The notes under the pieces: generated by a model | Databases searched by the model: none | What the model saw: the letters and a program-made list of their open reading frames with translations, nothing else | What the model was told of the DNA's origin: nothing | Shown here: one piece after another, positions 56,885-64,000 of the stretch | How positions within the stretch are numbered: the first letter of the stretch is position 1 | Layout of the letters: each line of letters starts with the position of its first letter | Made by a program: the position numbers and the translations under genes | Source: Diplonema japonicum | Taxonomy: Eukaryota > Protista > Euglenozoa: Diplonemea | DNA length: 64,000 nt | Direction of reading: 5' to 3' | Assembly (NCBI GenBank): GCA_964019335.1 | Contig: OZ025666.1 | Span: 186,001 to 250,000, forward strand

Positions 56885-57215
56885 ATGCCCCACAGACATA
56901 CACGAAGATTGATGCCCTTAGGATCTCTGTAACACTGTGGGGTTCGAACTACTTCCACACAGACGAAAACACCATACACACGTTCTGGAAGTGCAAAACG
57001 CACGAGGAGGTACGCGTTGCACCTGAGTCGCCCCTATACAGGCAAGAGGAGATCACAAACGGATGCGAGGGTATTCCTGCAGACCTACATCCGCATCGTA
57101 CGACAAGGTACGCTTCATCCTCGAACAGCGTCTCGCAACCGGCTCACCAGGGAGACGACTGGGACAACAGCTTCGACCTACCAGGAACCTACCCGAAAGG
57201 ATAACAACAAGATAG
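56885..57215 (+). CDS. Possible small multi-exon gene; reading frame uncertain
   Basis: Candidate introns 56929-56962, 57010-57041 and 57108-57150. The last two share the donor GTACGC. Confidence 0.3.
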
Positions 57216-57326
57216 ACCTTAATGCCAAATAGTTGTTGCAACCAAAGCCCCATATTCCCCCCCCCCCCCCCCCCCCTTCCTCGTCGGCACCTTTTTCTTT
57301 GATGTTATAGTTTACACGGGGAGAAC

Positions 57327-57911
57327 ATGGACGTTCGTAGTTCCGCTGCTGCTCCTGCTGGGAAAGTACGGCGGTTCCAAGCACGGTGCAACGCATGTGG
57401 TGGGAGGATGACTCCAGATTCTATCATAACGAGCTGTCGGCATTTTATATGTAAAGCGTGTGCCACTGGGGGTTCTGGGGTGTGTCCTTGTTGCAAGCTT
57501 GCGTGTCGGTCTGTTCAGTTGAACGCTGGGAACTTCCCGAAGGAGATTAAGGAGAAGTCTAGTGTGGTGTTGGACAGTGCGGCGGCGAAGGGGGTGGCCG
57601 TGGCGAGGTTTCAGAACAACCACCTTCACGAGCTGCTTGAGAGGCAGCAGGTGGTCATAGCGTCGCTCACGCAGTCCATCCAAAAGGCGAAGGCGCAGTA
57701 CCACGACCTGCAACGGCAGTACACCGAGCTTAAGAAACAACCTGCACCTTTCCCTCGCACCGCATCACGATCTAACCCAGTCTCTGTCCCCGCCCCTGCC
57801 CCTTTACTCGGCCAGACCCCGCAGAACAGCTTCCCATTCACCATTACCGACCCTTCCCGCTGTGGATCGGCGGTGTCTAGTATATTAGGGAAAACGCTTA
57901 TGCCCGCTTAG
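57327..57911 (+). CDS. RNF212: RNF212/Zip3-like RING + coiled-coil protein
   Basis: CNAC...TSCRHFICKAC...CPCCKLACRSVQL...ARFQNNH, then a coiled coil and an S/P-rich tail. Confidence 0.6.
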   Translation: MDVRSSAAAPAGKVRRFQARCNACGGRMTPDSIITSCRHFICKACATGGSGVCPCCKLACRSVQLNAGNFPKEIKEKSSVVLDSAAAKGVAVARFQNNHLHELLERQQVVIASLTQSIQKAKAQYHDLQRQYTELKKQPAPFPRTASRSNPVSVPAPAPLLGQTPQNSFPFTITDPSRCGSAVSSILGKTLMPA

Positions 57912-58058
57912 GGGAGCAACAAAAAAAAAAAAGGAAAAAAAGAAAACACAAATCTCGCATCTCTTTTTTTAAAAAAAAATTTTTTTTTTTTCAAATTTAT
58001 ATCGATTTCTTTCCTCCAGGCCGCTAAAAAAAAAAAAAAAGAAGAAGAAAAAAAAATA

Positions 58059-58517
58059 ATGCTGCTGTTGACTATCCTTTCCGCAGCTGCGACGAATAGT
58101 GCAACGCAAGACGAAGCTCCCGATAATTACGAGGATGATTTAGCGGCCGTTGGGAATGAGGAGACGGCGTTTGAAAAAAAATGGTGGGTGTGGGTAGTGG
58201 GAGGCATCGGTGTGGCGTTGCTTAGCGCTGCACTGATAGCCCTCTGGGTGATCAGGAGAAAGAAGAAACATCGATTTTTCTTTGCGGAGGACGTGGAGCT
58301 TGGTCAAAAGACCCCACCCCCCGCACCAGCCCCTGTTCAAAAAGAGGTCAGATTCTGTTCGCCAGTCTTCTGCTCTCCTCCCCCCTCTGTCGTCGTGTCT
58401 GTCCCTCCTCCTTTACCTATCCACACGGAACCTTCTTTCTCCGACGATCTAGAACGGGTCCCTAGCCCGAACATGACGGACCCTGAAGGGAAATTTGTAT
58501 TTGATTTGTTAACATGA
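58059..58517 (+). CDS. Small single-pass membrane protein
   Basis: Signal peptide, TM helix WVWVVGGIGVALLSAALIALWVI, basic stop-transfer RRKKK. Confidence 0.7.
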   Translation: MLLLTILSAAATNSATQDEAPDNYEDDLAAVGNEETAFEKKWWVWVVGGIGVALLSAALIALWVIRRKKKHRFFFAEDVELGQKTPPPAPAPVQKEVRFCSPVFCSPPPSVVVSVPPPLPIHTEPSFSDDLERVPSPNMTDPEGKFVFDLLT

Positions 58518-58789
58518 AAAGATGTTTCTTCTTTTCTTTAAAAACCCTGTTTCATCTTTGTTTCGAGAAGGGAAAAAAAAAAAAGAAAAAAAAAAGAAAG
58601 AGAAAAAAAAAACCCCCCCTGTTGTTATTATTATAGATCTTAGATTTGTTTACTTTTTTTTTTCCCTTCCTCTTCCTCTCTTTTTTCTCTCTTCCCTTTT
58701 TTTTTTTTTTTTTTTTTTTTTCTTCTTTCCGTTTCCGAAGCCAAAAAAAAAAAAAAAAAAAAGACGGTGGGAGGAAGGAGGGGGGGAAA

Positions 58790-60253
58790 ATGTACCCAAG
58801 AGCACAGCAACAACAAGAGGAGGTCGTGGTGCCAAACGAGATGACCGGTCTGGCCAACCTGGGGAACACCTGCTTCTTCAACAGCATTTGTCAGGTGCTG
58901 GCTCAGACGGTCCCGTTAGTGAGCTACCTGACAGGTGAGAAGAGCGTTCTCAACGGGAGGGTGCAAGGAGAACTTTCGATAGCATTATGCGTCTTCTTTA
59001 AACTACTGGAGAGACAGCGGGGAAAGGTGTTCAGTCCGGACAAACTGTGGATGTTTGTGTGCAAGAAGCACGAGGTGTTCATGTCGCATGTTCAGCAGGA
59101 TGCACAGGAATTGTTGATATTCATGTTAGTTGGTTTGGAAGACGAGTATGCGAAGAGGGAGCTGAGTCAAAGTGCTGCCTCGGACCCAAGCTCCCCAACG
59201 GACGGCGACGCGAAAAAAAAAAAGAAGAAAAAAAGAAAGACGAACAACATCATCACCAAATCCTTCAGAGGTACCTTCGACAACGTGGTTCTGTGCCAAT
59301 CATGCAAAACAAGGTCTATCAAGGGAGATGATTATTTCAGAGACATTTCGGTGGAGGTTGAACCGGGACCGGCGAATACGTACCATTTGAAACGCCTCGC
59401 AGATTTTCGGGCGTTCGAGGCGAAACTACCCGTTGTGGACGACACCCCTATAACGGATTCAGCGGAGTCTCCAAAAACAAAACACCAACGCCAGACAGCA
59501 CACTGTATAATGGAAGAATCCCAACTCCGAGCGAAATGCGCAAAAGACGAAGCGAAACTTTTCGATGATATTTTAAAACAGCGCAAGTCCACCCGAGCAG
59601 ACGGTGTCGTTGCATGCTGTGTGAAAGGCATCGAAGCTTACAAATCACAATTCATGGAAGATGGCGGTGGTTTGGTAAAATGCCTAGCATCATTCTTCTC
59701 CCCAGAGACTATGAACGGTGACAACTTATACCACTGCGGGAAATGCAAGGGAAAAGCCCCTGCTGGAAAACAACTGTCAATCGCTTCTCCCCCTGCAATC
59801 CTCACCATCCATGTTAAGCGATTCTTGCAAGACATGATGGGGAACTACAGAAAGATGAACGGATATGTCTCGTTCCCATTAATTCTCGTACTTGATCCCT
59901 TCATGTCCCCTGATGCAGCAGGGTCTAGTGCGGCATCTTCAAATATCTATTCAGACTCGATGTTTTCGCGATGGGGTGATAATACTGAAAAAGTTACAGC
60001 GGCGGCGAATGGACTGAGTGACACTTCTTTCCTGGCAACGTCTGGCTCGTATGTGTACAGACTGTATGGTGTTGTAGTCCATGAAGGGACCATTAATTAC
60101 GGGCATTATTATTGTTACACTCGGGCCTTTGACCCCGCCACCAACACGCGGACAGATAAGTGGTTTCGTTCCTCTGATTCATACGTCAGTGAGGTGTCTA
60201 TTTTCGAAGTGCTTGCGTCCACTGCGTACTTGTTAATGTACGAACGGGTGTAG
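58790..60253 (+). CDS. Ubiquitin-specific protease (peptidase C19)
   Basis: Cys box GLANLGNTCFFNS, QQDAQE, His box YRLYGVVVHEGTINYGHY. Confidence 0.92.
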   Translation: MYPRAQQQQEEVVVPNEMTGLANLGNTCFFNSICQVLAQTVPLVSYLTGEKSVLNGRVQGELSIALCVFFKLLERQRGKVFSPDKLWMFVCKKHEVFMSHVQQDAQELLIFMLVGLEDEYAKRELSQSAASDPSSPTDGDAKKKKKKKRKTNNIITKSFRGTFDNVVLCQSCKTRSIKGDDYFRDISVEVEPGPANTYHLKRLADFRAFEAKLPVVDDTPITDSAESPKTKHQRQTAHCIMEESQLRAKCAKDEAKLFDDILKQRKSTRADGVVACCVKGIEAYKSQFMEDGGGLVKCLASFFSPETMNGDNLYHCGKCKGKAPAGKQLSIASPPAILTIHVKRFLQDMMGNYRKMNGYVSFPLILVLDPFMSPDAAGSSAASSNIYSDSMFSRWGDNTEKVTAAANGLSDTSFLATSGSYVYRLYGVVVHEGTINYGHYYCYTRAFDPATNTRTDKWFRSSDSYVSEVSIFEVLASTAYLLMYERV

Positions 60254-60618
60254 GGAAAAAAAAAAGAAGAAAAAAGCACCCCCCCCTTCCCCCTATCATG
60301 GTGAGCTACTCCTTCTTTTTCTTTTTCTTTTCTCCTGATCCACACACACTTTTTTTTTTTGAATATTGTAATACTCTTTTCTCCTTTTGGTCTCCCCTTA
60401 ATCATATCCTTTCTTTTTTTTTTTTAGTTATATATTTTGTTCATTTTATCCCCCCCCCCCTGACTCAACCTATACTTCTAGTCTTTTTTTTAAAAATATT
60501 TCTTTCAAGATCTTCTGCCAAAAAAAAATCTTTTTCTTTAATTTTGAAAAACAGAGGGTGAGGGAGGAGGGCGGAGAGAAAAGAGGGGGAAGAAGAAAGG
60601 GGGAAAAAAAAAAGGAAA

Positions 60619-62068
60619 ATGCCGATAAGAAAGAACAAAATAGTAGGGGGCGTCTTGGTGCTGATCATGATGCTGGTGTATGTGAACAAGGAAATGCCCC
60701 CCCCTGCAGGACTGGCGACACCAGCGTTCAGCAGGCGGACGTCGAGGTACTGCAACACAGGCGGCTTGGTGAGGGACGGGAAGGAGGGAGGGGTGAAGGG
60801 ACACACTTTGATAGGCATCACAGTAACCGTGCGTCACGGGGACAGAAGCGCGATACACAGCATTCCAGGAAGCGGTATGGAGGCAGTCTACAACTGTACA
60901 GGCATTGATGAGGGATCTAACGCATGGCCCGCAAGTTTAAAGATTATTAGCGAAACAACTGGTGATGTTATAAACCGCCCTACCTTTTCCGCAGCCACAC
61001 CCACCCACGCGTGCCACCCTGGGCAGCTGACACGGCAGGGCTTCGAACAGCTTAGAAATCTCGGTTCTTATCTTAAGAAATCGTACGCCAAGCACCCCTC
61101 TGTCTTCAACCATAGTGCCATGTACATCCGTTCCACTGACTATTCAAGAACAGTGCTTTCGTCAGCAGGGTTCTTGTCACCGTTTCTTGATAACGGTGTG
61201 CCGCTTGCGGTGCGGGTTAATGAGAACGAGGAGAACGAGATGATGCACGGTGTCGGGCTTCGTGCCAGCTCTGCCGGTGCGAATAGTTACGACAAGAAAG
61301 CTGGCGGCGAGAAGGTCATCCTTGGAGGATGCGCCAAAGCGGTTTCCTTGAGCAGATCGCAAAAAGCAACATTTCGAAAATCAAGCCATTTGAAACAAGA
61401 CCTCGCGTCGCTGTTCAACACCGGTGCGGCTGAGAAGGAAATCACGGATCTGGGTGATGCGATACACGCTGGCGCGTGCCATGGGATGCCCCTCCCATGC
61501 GGCCAAGGGGGATGCCTTACCGCTGCCACTGCAGCAGATATCCTCAAAGCAGCTGACAAGTTCTACTGCGAGCGCTTCATGGGGAACGCAGGAGGAAGGG
61601 CTGCCGCTAAGCTGTCCATGTACCCTTTCTTGCGGTCCATATCCGATGGTCTTCAGTTCGTGGCTGACGGCCAGACCAACATTAACACTCGTTTGTACTT
61701 TGGTCATGACACTGTTATTGCACCGCTCCTTGCTGCGCTTGGTGTCTACGACTGCCTGTGGCCTCCTTACGCAAGCAGGGTGGTGTTTGAGCTGTGGAGA
61801 GACGATGCAAATGGCAGTAATTATGTATGAGGGGAAAATGAATAAACTTTAAACTTTTAGGTCCGTCTGATATACAACGGTTTGCCCCTCCCACTGCGAG
61901 GCTGCGGCAAAGAGCTTTGCCCTTTGCCACGGTATGGATAGGGTCGGGGTGGGAGGGGAACAAAAAAAGACAAAAAGAAATTTAAATAAAAACACACCCA
62001 GTTTCCGACGAATCATCAATGGTTTGATCCTTCCCAGCACGACGCTCGACGCGGCTTGTGAGGGGTGA
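60619..62068 (+). CDS. Membrane-anchored histidine acid phosphatase (branch 2); introns 61825-61860 and 61932-62001
   Basis: Motifs RHGDR, GQLT..G, RSTDYSRT, GHDT and WPPYAS. The spliced tail reads VRLIYNG...CPL. Confidence 0.85.
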
Positions 62069-62285
62069 TAAAAAAAAGCGGGGGGGGGGGGGGGGGGGGA
62101 AGGATATTACGATGCGTCATGTCACTTTAAGAAAAGAAAAGGGAGGGAAAAAAAAAAGAGATGAGACAAACAAAAAGCCGTAAGTAATTAAAAAAAAAAT
62201 TTTTTTTTTCATTCAAGACGAATCTTCCAACGAAACAATAAAAAGGAGGGGTGGGAGGAAAAAAAAAAAAAAAAAAAAAAAAAAA

Positions 62286-62744
62286 GGTTTCTTAAATCTC
62301 GACCCCTAGGTTTTAAAATGCTTGAATTCGGTCCCCTTAGTTTCATAAATGCTCAAAGTAGACCCCCTTGGTTTTCAAAATGTTCAAATCCGGACCCCTT
62401 AGTTTCGGGTTAGTTTTGGGTTTGCGGAAATACACAACCTGGGCCCCCTAGGTTTCTTCATTTGTGAAACTAAGGGGAGGTTTTTTGAGCATTTTGAAAA
62501 CTAAGGGGTTGACTGTTTGAGCGATTTCCCGCCGTAGGGGCCTAGTTAGGGCATTTGAAAACCTGAGGGGGCGGACTTTGAACACTTTGGAAACTTAGGG
62601 GGCGGGATTTGAGCGTTTTGAAGACTTAGGGGGTGGACTTTGAGCATTTCGGAAACCTAGGGGGTGGACTTTGAGCATTTTGGAAACTTAGGGGTCGGAA
62701 TTTAAGCATTTCGAAAACTTAGGGGTCAAGTTAGGACTCTACCC
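62286..62744. mobile_element. Non-autonomous foldback/MITE-like element whose inverted arms are built from ~31-bp subrepeats
   Basis: Left arm CTCGACCCCTAGGTTTTAAAATGCTTGAATTC... matches the reverse complement of the right arm over ~100 bp. Inner palindrome at 62445-62477. A-runs flank both sides. Confidence 0.75.
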
Positions 62745-62755
62745 AAAAAAAAAAA

Positions 62756-63835
62756 ATGACAGCGCCCCTCTCAGGGATCAAGGTGGTGGAGATGGCAGGG
62801 CTTGCCCCGGGGCCTTTTGCGGGAATGGTATTGTGTGATTTCGGTGCGGAGGTGGTTCGTGTCGACAGGGCAGGGGGCAGCGGTATGTCAGCGGACCCAT
62901 TGTGCAGAGGGAAGAAATCAGTGGCACTCGACCTCAAGTCCGAAGACGGAATTCGAAAAGTGAAACAACTAGTAACCCACGCCGATGTACTAATCGAACC
63001 CTTCCGCCCAGGCGTCATGGAACGTCTGGGACTAGGCCCAGACATCCTATGTGAACTAAACCCCCGTTTAATCTACGCAAGGATGACAGGGTTCGGACAA
63101 GGCGGCGACAATTCTGTAGAACTAGCTGCGGGCCACGACATAAACTACCTAGCACTGTCCGGCGTCTTATCCACTCTTAAAGTAGATGGAAAACCGGTTC
63201 CTCCTGTAAACGTTTTGGGTGATTTTGCAGGAGGCGGCATGATGTGCGCATTTGGAATTCTCATGGCACTCCTCGAGCGAGAAAAATCAAACAGGGGTCA
63301 GGTAGTGGACACTGCTATGGTCGACGGTGCTGCATACCTTTCAACATTCGTTTTGAAAATGTATGAGTTAAACGGGTGGAAGATACAAACCGCCGGAAAG
63401 CATCTTTTAGATGGCGGTGCGCCTTTTTACGGAACGTACGAATGCAAGTGCGGAGGGTGGTTTTCCGTTGGAGCGTTGGAACCTCAATTTTATAAATTGT
63501 TTATCGCAAAGTTGGGGGTCAAACCCGCAACAGGGCAGTTTAACGCAAAGGGCTACCCCGCCATGAAACAGCTGTTCACGGAAACATTCCTCACCAAAAC
63601 CCGCGATGAGTGGACCACAGTGTTTCATGGTGTAGATGCGTGTGCTTTCCCTGTCCTCACGCCTCAGGAAGCTGCCAAGGAACCGCACAACGTGAAACGG
63701 GGGACATTCATGGGTAAGAAATCAATTCCCGACCCCGCACCGGCACCCAAGCTGTCCCGCACTCCCGGCATCAACAGCATCAGACCTATGCCAAAAATAG
63801 GCCAGCACACAGACGAGATATTTTCGAAATTGTAG
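62756..63835 (+). CDS. AMACR: Alpha-methylacyl-CoA racemase (CoA-transferase family III) with a PTS1 signal
   Basis: GLAPGPFAGMVL.DFGAEV, AGHDINYLALSG, LGDFAGGG, LDGGAPFY. C-terminal SKL. Confidence 0.9.
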   Translation: MTAPLSGIKVVEMAGLAPGPFAGMVLCDFGAEVVRVDRAGGSGMSADPLCRGKKSVALDLKSEDGIRKVKQLVTHADVLIEPFRPGVMERLGLGPDILCELNPRLIYARMTGFGQGGDNSVELAAGHDINYLALSGVLSTLKVDGKPVPPVNVLGDFAGGGMMCAFGILMALLEREKSNRGQVVDTAMVDGAAYLSTFVLKMYELNGWKIQTAGKHLLDGGAPFYGTYECKCGGWFSVGALEPQFYKLFIAKLGVKPATGQFNAKGYPAMKQLFTETFLTKTRDEWTTVFHGVDACAFPVLTPQEAAKEPHNVKRGTFMGKKSIPDPAPAPKLSRTPGINSIRPMPKIGQHTDEIFSKL

Positions 63836-64000
63836 CACCTTAAAAAAAAAAAAAAGAGAAAAACTCCTCATATATCGATTCCCTCTTTTTTTTAAAAATA
63901 CCCCCCCCCACTTTAAAAAATGTCAGACAACCATATTTGATACTTTAATTCTTTTTTTTTAAAAAAACCCCATTGACTCTTTCCCCCCCCCCCTCCTTTT

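Noticed and set aside
62460-62730. CRISPR array or telomeric repeat (~31-bp period, contains TTAGGG)
   Set aside because: Units are tandem and degenerate with no unique spacers, occur in inverted arms, and TTAGGG is not tandemly repeated. No cas genes are present and the context is eukaryotic.
282-63688. Numerous minus-strand and alternative-frame ORFs in the track
   Set aside because: They are shadows of + strand genes or translations of homopolymer runs (poly-F/K/P/G) with no recognisable motifs.

Overview
This is eukaryotic nuclear DNA, not prokaryotic. About 32 protein-coding genes are supportable, all on the + strand, and some lie only 60-170 bp apart. Many carry very short GT-AG introns (mostly 36-70 nt, donor usually GTATG). 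Most start codons follow a polypyrimidine tract plus AG that looks like a trans-splice acceptor. Unidirectional gene clusters combined with cis-introns best fit a euglenozoan such as a diplonemid (inference). Non-coding DNA is dominated by homopolymer runs, with islands of hairpin-forming sequence. Recognisable genes: SERGT-like glycosyltransferase, DDX52/ROK1 (5' part lost in a 200-N gap), cupin, PPR, LYR, Trf4-like, tandem BRCT, tandem USP-domain, Ubl-14-3-3 fusion, ZNF598/Hel2, a kinase with tyrosine-kinase signatures, MOK, Nudix, RNF212-like, a C19 deubiquitinase, a histidine acid phosphatase and AMACR. Highlights: a tRNA-Thr(AGT) inside a DDX52 intron; a U1 snRNA-like motif; a duplicated non-coding element split by a ~500 bp insert; a probable ~2500-aa protein with a repeated C-x2-C-x9-C-x6-H module plus FYVE, C2 and histidine-phosphatase domains; and a foldback/MITE directly upstream of AMACR. 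All calls come from reading motifs by eye; no database searches were run.
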